Below the pieces are notes generated by a model, which had not been told where the DNA came from, did no database searches, and worked only from the letters and a program-made list of their open reading frames with translations. From NCBI GenBank assembly GCA_965225945.1, contig CBDDBZ010000039.1, forward strand, positions 224,001 through 288,000: a stretch of 64,000 bases of DNA, given 5' to 3'. The position numbers and the translations under genes are program-made. This document shows, piece after piece, positions 29,638-40,176 of this stretch. The DNA is from Alphaproteobacteria bacterium. GTDB taxonomy: Bacteria; Pseudomonadota; Alphaproteobacteria; GCA-2731375. The first letter of the stretch is position 1. Every line of letters starts with the position of its first letter.

Positions 29638-31870
29638 CCTGGCCAGGGGCCGTGCACGGGGCGGGGCGCGTGGTTGGGCGCCGGCCTCGAAGCGCTCGAT
29701 GACGATCATACGGCCGCCGCACTGCGGGCAGGGCTCTGAGAGGGACGGCGGTTCGGTATCATCGTCACTCGCGGCATCGTCGGCCTCACTCTCCGGTGCC
29801 GGCATGGCAAGCAGTTCGCGGGCAAGGGAGATGTTGCGGGTGCGACCGCCGTTGGCGAAGAGGCCGTAATGGCGGATGCGGTGAAAGCCCGAGGGCAGGA
29901 CATGGAGGAGGAAGCGGCGGATGAACTCGGGCACGGCCAGGGGCAAGGTCTTGTAGCGCTCGCGTCCTTTGCGCCGGTAGTCCTTGTACTTGAAGATGAC
30001 GCCTTGGCTGTCGCAGCTGACCAGGCGGCTGTTCGAGATGGCGACACGGTGGGTGTAGCGGGAGAGATAGGCGAGCACGGCCTCTGGTCCGCCGAAGGGC
30101 GGCTTGGCGTAGACGACCCATTCTTGTTGGCTCAATTCGTGAATTGTATGCGTCACCTTGTTACGGCGGCGGCGAGGCAGGCTCGGTCATTGGCGCCGGG
30201 GGCGAGGCCGACGAGGTGGAACCAGCTCAGGTAGTTGTCCAGATAGCGGGTGGCGATGCCGCGGCGGGGACGCAGGAAGTCCTTCAACCGGCTGTGGCGG
30301 CTGTTCACCGTCTGCACATGCAGATCGCCCCGAACCCGTTCCCCCATCGAGCGGTTGAGTGCTTCGTGGCTCACCCCGAGCGCGGCGGCGCACGGTGGGT
30401 AGCTCGCGCCGCCGTCGGAGACCAGCAGGGCGTCCTTCGCGACCACCGGGTCGAGGGCAGCCGTGAGCGCCGCCGCATCGACCCTGGGCAGCACCGCGCT
30501 GACCGTCGTTCCGCTCCGGTCCGCCGCCATGAGAACCGGTACCTGCTCGCGCGAGAGGCCGCGCTTCTTCGCCTTGCCGCCCCGCCGCCGTGCCTTGCGC
30601 CCCAGCCCGCGCGCGCCCTTCCGGCTCTCCAGGACGTAGGTCTCGTCCGCTTCCACGATCCCCTTGAGCACCTCCGAATCGCTCCGCGCCGCCGCCAGAA
30701 ACCGGTGACGCCAGCGGAACGCCGTGCTCACCGCCACGTCGCAGCGCGCCGCCGAGGCCTTCACCGTCTCCCCCTTCGCCAGCGACGCCCCGAACGACAG
30801 CCAGCGTTCCTTGTGGTGCAAGCCCGACAGCGGCGTACCGCTCAGCGCGTTGAAGGTCTTGCCGCAGCCCTTGCACTGGTAGCGCCGCAGACCCCGCGCC
30901 ATACCGCGCGAAACCGCCCCTTCGCTCACGCAGTGCGGACAGCGCCGGGCCTCGTCCACACCAAGCTCGATCGCGGCCTTCGATGCCTCGCCCTCGCTCC
31001 GGCCCGACAGCACCGCGAGCGCCTCGCGCCGCTGCGCGCGCGTCAGCCCGCGCGCCGCCGAAAGCCACACCTGGAAACCCTTGCCGTCCATAACCCAACC
31101 TCCTGACGTTCCAGGCACTCTATCACTAATGCATACAATTCGCGAATTGAGCCTTCTTGTTTGCGCATCGGTGCGAGGAAGACACGGAAGGCCGCCGGCT
31201 CGGCGAGGCTGGTGTGGTCGGTGAAGAACTTCAGGCGCCCTGCCTCGTGGGCGGCGAGGAGCTTCTCGATGAAGAGGCGGCGGAAGAGGCGCGAGAGCAC
31301 GCGGACGGGCAGGAAGAAGCCGGGCCGGCAAGAGATCCAACTGCTACCGTCAGGTGAGATTCCGCCACCCGGCACGATCATGTGGATGTGGGGATGGTGG
31401 GTCATGGCCGAGCCCCAGGTGTGGAGCACGGCGGTGATGCCGATCTTGGCGCCGAGATGCTTGGGATCGGCGGCGATGGTGAGCATGGTCTCGGCGCTCG
31501 CCTTGAACAGGATATCGTAGATCACCGACTTGTTCTGATAGGCGATGTCGGCGATCGCCGCTGGCAGGGTGAAGACGAGATGGTAGTAGGGGACGGAGAG
31601 CAGTTCGGCCTCTCGCGCCGCCAGCCATTCGCGCGCGACCTGGCCTTGGCATTTGGGACAATGGCGGTTGCGACAGGAATTGTAGGCGATGTGGTTCTGC
31701 CCGCAGTCCTCGCAGGCCGCGACATGACCGCCGAGCGCGGCGGTGCGGCAACACTCGATCGCCGACATGACCTTCAGTTGGCCGAGGCTCAGACGACCGG
31801 CCCGGGCCCGACGGAAGCCGGGCCCGTGGTCGCGGAAGATGTCCTGGACCTCGAGCGCGGGACGCGGCAC
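29623..31870 (-). pseudogene. IS91-family (Y2/HUH) transposase interrupted by IS1595
   Basis: CRTAALGGH, YNSCRNRHCPKCQ, HTWGS...HPHIH; resumes at 30128 with EWVVYAKPPF...YLSRYTHRVAISN...HRIRHYG. Confidence 0.92.
30129..31153 (-). mobile_element. IS1595 family (ISPna2-type) insertion sequence with intact transposase 30153-31091
   Basis: TIR GGCTCAATTCG(T/C)GAATTGTATGC; TSD TTCTTGTT; CPHC/CKGC, EADETY, SDG and VNSRHSRLK motifs. Confidence 0.94.
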
Positions 31871-31883
31871 CGAGGCCGCCGGC

Positions 31884-34223
31884 TCACTTCGGCGGCTTGC
31901 GCTTGGTCTTGGGCGTCGGCGGCTCGAGCAGGTCCAGTGGGCTCTTGGCGCGCCGCAAGGTGGTGCTGGCGACCTGGGTGTAGTGAGCCGTGGTCTCCAG
32001 CTTCTTGTGCCCCAGTAGAACCTGGATCACGCGGATGTCGACGCCCTGTTCGAGGAGATGGGTGGCGAAGCAGTGGCGCAGCGTGTGAAGCGAGATCCGC
32101 TTCTCGATCCCCGCCCCCGCCTTGGCGCCATCGAGGGCGCGACGGAGCTGGCGGGTGGTCAACGGGTTGACCGGGTTCTGGCCTGGAAACAGCCAACCGC
32201 CGGGCAGCATCACGCCGCGGGCGCGGCCAAGCAACCACCAGACCCTGAGCTGCTCGACGGCGCGATCCGAGAGCATGGCGTAGCGATCTCGGCGGCCCTT
32301 ACCTTGCTCGATGCGAAGCGTCTTGCGGTTGCTGTCGATGTCCGGGACCTTGAGATGGACCACCTCCGAAGCGCGCAGGCCGGCGCCATAGGCCAGCGAA
32401 AAGGCCGCCTTGTATTTGGGACCGGGGGCGGCATCGAGAAGCCGCGCCATTTCCTCGACGCTCAGGATCACCGGCAGCTTGCGCGGCATTGCCACCGTCG
32501 TCATGCCGATCTCGGCGTCGCCTCGGCCGAGCGTGACGCCGAAGAAGAACCGCAATGCCGAGACCGCCGCGTTCATCGTCGTCGCCGATGCGCCTGCTTT
32601 GCGCATATGCACTTGATAGCGCCTGAGATCCTCCGCCTCCGCCCGATCCGGAGAGCGTGCGAGAAAGTCGGAAAAGCCGGCCACCGCACTGATGTAGCCG
32701 CGCTGCGTGTTGGCACTGAAGCCGCGAAGCACCATGTCGTCGTGTATCGCACCCGGTTCCTTGGACACAAGTTTGTCTCATGCGGCGGGCCTGAGTGACA
32801 TCGCGGTGTGCCACGCCTGACGAGCTTGAGCGGGGCTCAGGTAGCCGTTCTTCTCCACGATCCACTGGGCATTGTACTGTTCGACGAACCCGCGGACGGC
32901 GTTCCGCAGCTCCGCGATGTTGCGGTAGATGCGGCCATGGATGATCTGTTCCTTGAGCGTGCGATTGAACCTCTCGGCGACGCCGTTGGTCTGGGGCTGT
33001 TCGACGAAGGCGTAGGACGGCTGGATGCCCCAGAACTTGATCTGGTTGGTGAAGTGGTCCGACAGATACTGGGAGCCGTGATCCATCCGCAAGGCCAGCC
33101 CCCGCGCCGCACCGGCGGAGGTCGAGGCATACAGCCTCGCAAGCCCCATGGAGATCGGCTGAAGGGCGGCGAAGCGGTCGCCTCGCTTGCACACATGCCA
33201 GCCGACGCACTCGGCGTTCCAATGCTCGATGGCGGTGAATATCCAGCCCCAGCCGTCGTCCACCGTGAACACCCGAACGCCGTCCGTGCCCCACATGAGG
33301 TTGGGGGCATGGGTGATGATCTCACCGACATGGGGATTTCCGCCACGGCGGCGGCAGCGATGGGGCGAGAGCAGGTTGTTCTCGCGCATCACCCGGAGCA
33401 CCCGCTTGCGGGAAACACGGATGCCACGACAGACCCGAAGCCGAGCCCAGACCTTGCGGTGTCCCTCGCCCTCCCAGGGGGATGCCTCCAGGTCGGCCTC
33501 GATGGCCACCAGCAGAGCCTCGTCCGAGATCGAGGGCTTCGGTCCCCGGCGCTTTGCTGGTGGGCGCTCAGCGGTGGCCTGCTGCCGGGATTTCATGGCG
33601 TAGAACGAGGAACGGGCAAAACCCCAGGCCGCACAGACCCGCTGGAGGCCGTAGGCCAAACCCGTGCCGGGAGAGGTGGCGGCACTCATCGCCGCGACCT
33701 CCGCCGCCCCAAAGGGCCGGACGTCTCCGTCTTGGCCTCCAGCAGTTCCACCTGCATGATCAACTCCCCGATCCGCTTCATGGCGATGTCCAGTTCCGCC
33801 TTTACCGGATCGCCCTTGCGTTCCTTGAGCGAGGCATCGATCCCGGCGATCGCCTTCTCACGCCACTGCTCGAGCCGGAAAATCTCCACGCCCAACTGCC
33901 GCGACAAAAGTTCCACCGGCTCGCCACGCAAAAGCCGCAGGGCAACCTCACGCTTGCGCGTCACCGTCCACCGCTGGCCAAGTCCCAGCGGGCCTGCCGG
34001 CGAAACCTGGCCCGGGGAAAACGTGGACGAGCCAAGCTCGCCCTCGTTTACCACAGGCCCATCAACAGCAACTTTGTTCTCAAAATTGTCGGTCATGTTC
34101 CGGTCCTCCTTGGACACTTCGATTAAACCAATTCTGTGTCCAAGGAAATCGGGTCCGACTCAGCACCATGTCGTCGATCATGCGCTGGCGCAGCGGGCTG
34201 ATGGTCTTGTCACTATCGGTCAT
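31884..34223 (-). pseudogene. Tyrosine recombinase/integrase interrupted by IS3
   Basis: MTDSDKTISPLRQRMIDDMVL | RGFSANTQ...GLRASE...HTLRHCFATHLLE...LGHKKLETTAHY. Confidence 0.9.
32743..34162 (-). mobile_element. IS3 family insertion sequence (orfA 33686-34096, orfB 32778-33689)
   Basis: TG...CA ends; IRs TGTATCGCACCCGGTTCCTTGGACAC / GTGTCCAAGGAAATCGGGTCCGACTCA; WGTD, DHGSQY and NGVAERFNRTLKE motifs; 14-bp flanking repeat. Confidence 0.92.
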
Positions 34224-34690
34224 GGGTCTGCTCCCGTGTTGCGTGAGCTTCGGAACTCCAAACCTCAACACAGGATCGACCCATCCGTTACGCCACCGAC
34301 CTCACCGCCCGGCACCACGAACTACCGCTGAAAGCGGTTTCGTTCTATGTCCTCGTAGCAGACGACGAAGGCCATTTCGCCCCGCATGTGGACCCGAGGC
34401 GCGCGGCAGACGATCGGCGGGGAATTGGCGTTGGAAAGGATCGCCCGCCAGCTTTCCAGTACCGCTTCGCGACCTTCCAGCGGCTGCCAGCCCGGATGAA
34501 TGCAGGCGACCGGCGCTTGGGCCGCCCAGACCTCCTCCATCGCCGCCATCTCGCGATCGGCGAAGGCGCGATAAAAGGCCTCGTTGGCGAAGAGGACGGC
34601 CTCGCGCTCGCTCACGGCGGGAATTTTCCTCCTCGTCGGTTCCGCGATCCCGGACGGCGACGCGGCGGTCGGGATTGACGCCCATGGGCC

Positions 34691-35653
34691 TCAGCCGAGC
34701 CCAACCCGCCCGATCTCCAGAAATTTGGCGCGGCGATGCTCGCGCAGCCGTTCCGCCGACCAGCCGTCGTATTCGGCCAACGCGTTTCCGATGGCGCGGC
34801 CGACCGCGTCGATCGTCCGTGCCGGATCGCGGTGCGCGCCGCCCACCGGCTCCGAAATCACCCGGTCGACGACCTTCAGGCCCATGAGGTCGGCGGCGGT
34901 CAGCTTCAGGGCGTCGGCCGCCTCCTGGGCCTTGTCGCCCGAGCGCCAGAGGATGGAGGCGCAGCCTTCCGGCATGATCACGGAATAGATCGCGTGCTCC
35001 AGCATGACGACGCTGTTGCCGGCCGCCAGCGCCACCGCGCCGCCCGACCCGCCCTCGCCGACGATGCAGGCGACGATCGGCACGCCCGCCGCCAAACAGG
35101 CCTCGGTCGAGCCCGCGATCGCCGCGGCCTGGCCGCGCTCCTCGGCGCTGACGCCGGGATAGGCACCGGGCGTGTCGACGAGCGTTATCACCGGCAGGCC
35201 GTAGCGATCGGCGAGGTGGATCAGCCGGATCGCCTTGCGGTAGCCCTCGGGCCGGGCCATGCCGAAGTTGTGGCGAACCCGCCCTTCCGTGTCGCACCCC
35301 TTCTCCTGGCCCAACACCATCACCGCGCGACCCCGAAAGCGGCCCATGCCGCCGAGCAACGCCTTGTCGTCGGCGTAGGCGCGATCGCCGGCCAAGGGCG
35401 TGAAGTCTTCGATCAAATCGGCGACATAATCGGTGAAATGCGGGCGCTGCGGGTGGCGGGCGACCTGAGTCTTCTGCCAGGGCGAAAGCTCGGCGTAGGT
35501 CCGATCCAGGAGCAACTCCGCCTTCACCCGGAGACGCGCCACCTCCTCCTCGATGTCGACCCGGCCCTCGTCGCCGCCGTCGAGCTTGCCTAACTGGTGG
35601 ATCTTGTCCTCGAGCTCGGCGATGGGCCGTTCGAATTCGAGATAGGACCGCAT
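34691..35653 (-). CDS. accA: Acetyl-CoA carboxylase carboxyltransferase alpha subunit
   Basis: YLEFERPI, ARHPQRP, NFGMARPEGYRKA, DTPGAYPG and GEGGSGGA motifs. Confidence 0.97.
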   Translation of the reverse strand: MRSYLEFERPIAELEDKIHQLGKLDGGDEGRVDIEEEVARLRVKAELLLDRTYAELSPWQKTQVARHPQRPHFTDYVADLIEDFTPLAGDRAYADDKALLGGMGRFRGRAVMVLGQEKGCDTEGRVRHNFGMARPEGYRKAIRLIHLADRYGLPVITLVDTPGAYPGVSAEERGQAAAIAGSTEACLAAGVPIVACIVGEGGSGGAVALAAGNSVVMLEHAIYSVIMPEGCASILWRSGDKAQEAADALKLTAADLMGLKVVDRVISEPVGGAHRDPARTIDAVGRAIGNALAEYDGWSAERLREHRRAKFLEIGRVGLG

Positions 35654-35744
35654 TGCGCCTTCCCTGGAGGAGCTGCCAGCGCGGGCAACGTGGCGCCCTG
35701 GCGGTTGCTTGTCAACGCGGCGCCCTATCGCGCGGGCGCGCCAT

Positions 35745-35794
35745 GAGCATGATCCGACCATAGGAAAGCGTTTCCATAGGGTCGGATCATGCTC
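35745..35794. repeat. REP-like palindrome
   Basis: GAGCATGATCCGACC ... GGTCGGATCATGCTC, 15-bp perfect arms; half-site AGCATGATCCG also near 58637. Confidence 0.7.
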
Positions 35795-35852
35795 TAATCG
35801 ACGCCGACCCGAAGCGCCCTCCGGCGCGAATTGGGGAGCAGGAGAACCGATC

Positions 35853-36716
35853 ATGCATTGGAGCGCCCGACGCCGAGCCTTTCGCGCCGTCCTCGCGGGC
35901 GAGGCTTGTGTCCATCCGGGCTCGGTTTACGACGCCATCTCGGCCCGAATCGCCGAGGATCTGGGCTTCGAGATCGGCATGTTCGCCGGCTCCATCGCCT
36001 CGATGAGCGTGCTGGGCGCGCCGGATCTGATCGTCTTGACGCTCACTGAATTCGCCGGGCAGGCCTATCGCATCAACCGGGCCGGCAACTTGCCGCTGCT
36101 GGTCGACGCCGATCACGGCTACGGCAACGCCCTCAACGTAAAGCGCACGGTGGAGGAGCTGGAGACGGCGGGCGTCGCCGCGCTTTCGATCGAGGACACC
36201 GTGCTGCCCAAGAGCTTCGGCGTCGCCGAGACCCGGCTGATCGACATCGCCGAAGGGGTCGGCAAAATGAAGGCGGCGCTTCTGGGCCGGCAGGATGTGG
36301 ACCTGGTGATCGCCGGGCGCACCAGCGCGCCCGCCGTCAGCGGGATCGAGGACGCGATTGCGCGGGCCAAGGCCTACGAGGCGGCGGGCGTCGATGCGAT
36401 CTTCCTGGTGGGCGTGAAGACCCGGGCGGAGCTGGAGGCCGTGGCGAGCGCGATCTCGCTGCCGCTGATCCTGGGCGGTGGCGGGCCGGAATTGGCCGAT
36501 ATCGACTATCTGGGGGCCCAACGGGTCCGGGTCGCGCTGCAGGGCCATCAGCCCTTCATGGCCGCCGTGCAGGCGACCCATGCGACGCTGAAGGCGCTGC
36601 GGGAGGGCACCCGGCCCCGGGACCTTCCCGGCATCGCCGACAAGGCGCTGATGCGCCGGGTGACCCGGGGCGCGGATTACGACCGCTGGAGCGACGAATT
36701 CCTGGGCGGCGCGTGA
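35853..36716 (+). CDS. Isocitrate lyase/PEP mutase family (oxaloacetate decarboxylase-like)
   Basis: HPGSVYDAISARIA, VDADHGYGNALNV and SIEDT motifs. Confidence 0.88.
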   Translation: MHWSARRRAFRAVLAGEACVHPGSVYDAISARIAEDLGFEIGMFAGSIASMSVLGAPDLIVLTLTEFAGQAYRINRAGNLPLLVDADHGYGNALNVKRTVEELETAGVAALSIEDTVLPKSFGVAETRLIDIAEGVGKMKAALLGRQDVDLVIAGRTSAPAVSGIEDAIARAKAYEAAGVDAIFLVGVKTRAELEAVASAISLPLILGGGGPELADIDYLGAQRVRVALQGHQPFMAAVQATHATLKALREGTRPRDLPGIADKALMRRVTRGADYDRWSDEFLGGA

Positions 36717-38035
36717 GGGAGCGCCCGAGGGGAATCGATATGGTGGATCTCGCCGAACTGGGCGCGCCCGCGCGCGGCGACCACGGCATGCGCCTCGATG
36801 CGGAGGAGCAAGCGATGCTCGCCGGCGAGGCGGGCCCCGCGCGGCGCTTAGCGATGCGCCAGATCGTCACCGTCGGCGCCTTTTTCGATGCGGCCGACTG
36901 CGTCGAGGTGAGCCAGGTTCACCTGATGGCCGACGCGGAAAGCCTCGGCGAGGCCGGCGTCGCCGCGTTGGAGGCGATCGCAGCACTCCCCGCGCCCGAG
37001 CGTCGGGTCCGCGTGCCGACGCTGACCGACCCCCGGGGGATCGAATTTCGCCACCACGTTTGGCTCGGCCAGAGCGCCGAGCAGGTCGCGCTGGAGCGCC
37101 GCGCCATCGCCGCAATCGAGGCCATGGGCATCCTGCTCACCAACACCTGCATCAACTATCAAACCGTGCTGCCGCCGGTGCTGGGCGAGCATCTGGCCTA
37201 TGGCGACACCGGCTCCGCGATTTACGCCAACAGCGTGCTCGGCGCCCGCAGCAATTTCGAGGGCGGTCCCTCGGCGCTCGCGGCGGCGCTCGCCGGGCGG
37301 GTGCCGCGATATGGCCTCCACCTCGACCGCCATCGCCGGGGCACGACGCTCTACGAGGTCGACTCGCCGCCCGGCGATCTGGCCGAGTGGGGTGGCTTGG
37401 GCGCCATCATCGGCGAGGAGATGGCGAGCTACTGGGAGGTGCCGGTGATCCTCGGCATCGAGCGCGCGCCGAGCTCGGACCAGCTGAAGCAGTTTGGCGC
37501 GGCGCTCGCGAGCTACGGCTCGACGCCGTTCTTCCACATGGTCGCCGTGACGCCCGAGGCGCTCACGTTGGCGGCGGCCTTCGACGGCGCGCCGCCGGCG
37601 CCGCGCCGCGTGGGGTTGGCCGATCTCGAGGCCTTCCGCGCCCGCTACCGGCCGCCCGACGATCGTCTCGACGTCGTCGTCTTCGCGGCACCGCAATTAT
37701 CGCTATTCGAGCTGCGCGACCTCGCCGAGCTGCTGGACGGCCGGCGGGTGGATTCCACGGTCGATCTCCTAGCGGCGACCTCGCCCGAGGTGAAGGCCGG
37801 CGCCGACCGTCTCGGACTCACCGCCCAAATCGAGGCGGCGGGCGGCCGCGTCTTGGAAGGGGTCTGCTTCTACCAGATGTATGCCCGCGAAATCGGCGAG
37901 GCGCGGGGTTGGCGGCGCCTGCTGACGAACTCCGCCAAGCTCGCCAACATCATCCAGGGTTATGGCTACACGCCCGGAATCGCGAGCATGGAGATCTGCG
38001 TCGAGAGCGCGTGCCGGGGGCGCTTCGTCGGATGA
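36713..38035 (+). CDS. Aconitase X large (catalytic) subunit; alternative start at 36788
   Basis: LTNTCINY, IYANSVLGARSNFEGG and LKQFGAALASYG motifs. Confidence 0.85.
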   Translation: MRERPRGIDMVDLAELGAPARGDHGMRLDAEEQAMLAGEAGPARRLAMRQIVTVGAFFDAADCVEVSQVHLMADAESLGEAGVAALEAIAALPAPERRVRVPTLTDPRGIEFRHHVWLGQSAEQVALERRAIAAIEAMGILLTNTCINYQTVLPPVLGEHLAYGDTGSAIYANSVLGARSNFEGGPSALAAALAGRVPRYGLHLDRHRRGTTLYEVDSPPGDLAEWGGLGAIIGEEMASYWEVPVILGIERAPSSDQLKQFGAALASYGSTPFFHMVAVTPEALTLAAAFDGAPPAPRRVGLADLEAFRARYRPPDDRLDVVVFAAPQLSLFELRDLAELLDGRRVDSTVDLLAATSPEVKAGADRLGLTAQIEAAGGRVLEGVCFYQMYAREIGEARGWRRLLTNSAKLANIIQGYGYTPGIASMEICVESACRGRFVG

Positions 38036-38463
38036 GCGCCGAGGGTTTCCAGCCGATCGTAATGCAAGGCCATGTCGGCATCGGCCCGGCGGTGGAGGGC
38101 ACGGCGCTGGTCGCCGCCGATAATTTTTCCGCCCGCTACGACCTCGACCGCCGGGCGGGCACCTTCTCGCGGCCGACGCACGCGCTCTTTGGCCAGTCCT
38201 ATCTCGATTCGGTCCTGGTACTGAACGGCGCCAAGGGGGGTGTCGCCACGGCCTGGATGCTGCACGAAATGGCGGCCAGGGGCATGGCGCCCCGGGGTCT
38301 GGTATTGAACGCGGCCAACCCGATCATGGCGCAGGGCGCCGCCTTCGCGAACCTGCCCTTCATCGACCGCTTCGCGCTCGACGTCACCGCCGAGGTGCGA
38401 ACCGGCGACCGCGTCCGCCTCGATCCCGCGCGAGGAACCTTGACAATCCTCGCGCGCGGGTGA
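38032..38463 (+). CDS. Aconitase X small (swivel) subunit
   Basis: VEGTALVA, AKGGVATAW and VRTGDRVRLDP motifs; ATGA coupling to the large subunit. Confidence 0.82.
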   Translation: MSAEGFQPIVMQGHVGIGPAVEGTALVAADNFSARYDLDRRAGTFSRPTHALFGQSYLDSVLVLNGAKGGVATAWMLHEMAARGMAPRGLVLNAANPIMAQGAAFANLPFIDRFALDVTAEVRTGDRVRLDPARGTLTILARG

Positions 38464-39224
38464 GGATTGTCGGAGAGGTGCCGGAAAACGGACGTGGCGC
38501 GGCACAAATCAGCTACCTGTCGAAGGAAACGGGGGATGAGAGCGCCAAGGAAATGGTAAACTGTCCCCCACTTCCGCAGAGCTTTATTCGGACGATTGGG
38601 AGCACCCTAAATGTAGGGGGTGTGGCTGAAAACCGGAGAGGCACGCCTCAAGATTCGGATGCGCCGTCCCCACTGTCACCATTTACGCGGCGGGCCGCCA
38701 GTATCGATCTGTAGATGCGGTCGATCCGCTCGTCGGCAACGATTTCAACGGAACCGGTATAGCAGAGATTGTCCATTAACATGCGCACCAAGCCGCGGCG
38801 ATTTTCCACCGTCTCGTCATCCATCAACATGGTTTCGGTAGATGGCGTGGTATCGCTTGGAGAGTTTCCTGGCGTCGGGTGCATTTTCCGTTTCCTCGGG
38901 CGGCTGCCCGCTTGCCTTGTAGTGCCTTGTAAATGGTTGGTCCGCACCAACCAGCAAGTGATCGCCGACACATGCCGCGACGACCGCCCCTGGCAAGACG
39001 CCGACCCCGGCGGTGGTTTACGTCGTCGATCAGAAATCCGCGGAAAACTGCCATTTATGGGTGTTCGAAACCCCCGGTCGAAAGGCTCGGAGTTTCGACC
39101 GGTTTTTTGCTGCACCGCACGCAGTCGCCCAGGCACGTCCGAGCCCCATTTGATCAATCCTCCCGGAAGCTATCGAAGCGATCCGGCGCAAGAAACTCCG
39201 ACGATCCTCGCGCACGCCTGACGC

Positions 39225-40169
39225 CTACGCTGGGCTGGTGATGCGGTCGATCTCCGCCATCTCCTCGCCCGTGAGCGTCCAGCCGATGGCCTCGACGTTG
39301 GCGGTGATCTGTTCCGCCCGGGTGGCGCCGGCGATCACGCTCGAGGTCTCCGGCCGGGCGAGGAGCCAGGCGAAGGCGAGCTCCAGCAGCGAGTGGCCAC
39401 GCGCCTCGGCGAAGCCGGTCAAGGCCTCGACGATGGCCCAGTTCCGATCCGTCAGGTAGATCCGGTTGGCGAAGCTCGGCGTGTCGGTGAGGCGCGCGCC
39501 CTCGGGCATCGCGTCACGCGCGTATTTGCCGGTCAAGAGCCCGCTGGCCAGCGGGAAGAACGGCAACAAGCCCAGGCCATGGCGCGCCATCGCCGGCAGC
39601 AGTTCCGCCTCGATCGCGCGGTTCAGCAGATTGTATTCGTCCTGGCAGCAGACGAATTCGGAGATTCCGTCCCTCACCGACGTCCAGTGGGCCTCCATCA
39701 CCTGCCAGCCGGGCAGGTTCGAGCAGCCGACATAGCGCACCTTGCCCTGGCGGACGAGATCCTCCAGCGCCCGGAGCGTCTCCTCGACCGGCGTCAGCGA
39801 ATCGGGCATATGCAGCTGGTAGAGATCGATCCAGTCGGTCTGGAGCCGCCGCAGGCTGTCCTCGAGCGCGGTCATGATCCAGCGCCGCGAGCCACCCTGG
39901 TGATGGCCGTCATCGGCCATGGCCAGGCCGAACTTGCTGGCCAGCACGATCTCCTTGCGCCCCTCGCCCAGGATCTGGCCGAGTTGCGTCTCCGAGCCGC
40001 CGTGTCCGCCGTAGATGTCGGCGGTATCAAAGAGCGTGATGCCGCTGTCGAGGGCCTGGTGGACGACGGCGCGGGTGGCTTCCAGGTCCAGCTTGGCGCC
40101 GAAGTTGTTGCAGCCGAGCCCGACCAGCGAGACCCGAAGGCCCGAGGGTCCGAGATTGCGATATTCCAT
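39225..40169 (-). CDS. Aldo/keto reductase
   Basis: GLGCNNFG, DTADIYG, DWIDLYQLH and PLASGLLTGKY motifs. Confidence 0.93.
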   Translation of the reverse strand: MEYRNLGPSGLRVSLVGLGCNNFGAKLDLEATRAVVHQALDSGITLFDTADIYGGHGGSETQLGQILGEGRKEIVLASKFGLAMADDGHHQGGSRRWIMTALEDSLRRLQTDWIDLYQLHMPDSLTPVEETLRALEDLVRQGKVRYVGCSNLPGWQVMEAHWTSVRDGISEFVCCQDEYNLLNRAIEAELLPAMARHGLGLLPFFPLASGLLTGKYARDAMPEGARLTDTPSFANRIYLTDRNWAIVEALTGFAEARGHSLLELAFAWLLARPETSSVIAGATRAEQITANVEAIGWTLTGEEMAEIDRITSPA

Positions 40170-40176
40170 GGTGTTG

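Larger units (their letters stand above)
28598..34346 (-). mobile_element. Tyrosine integrase + IS91-family transposase element carrying nested IS1595 and IS3
   Basis: Bounded by ATGT at 28594-97 and 34347-50; splits the SnoaL-like gene. Confidence 0.85.
28456..34615 (-). pseudogene. NTF2/SnoaL-like gene split by the integrase/IS91 element
   Basis: 34615-34347 encodes AVLFANEAFYRAF...CIHPGW...VVCYEDI; 28597-28456 encodes GQFLVATNVFVREGRTWRIVHHQAGP...*. Confidence 0.82.
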
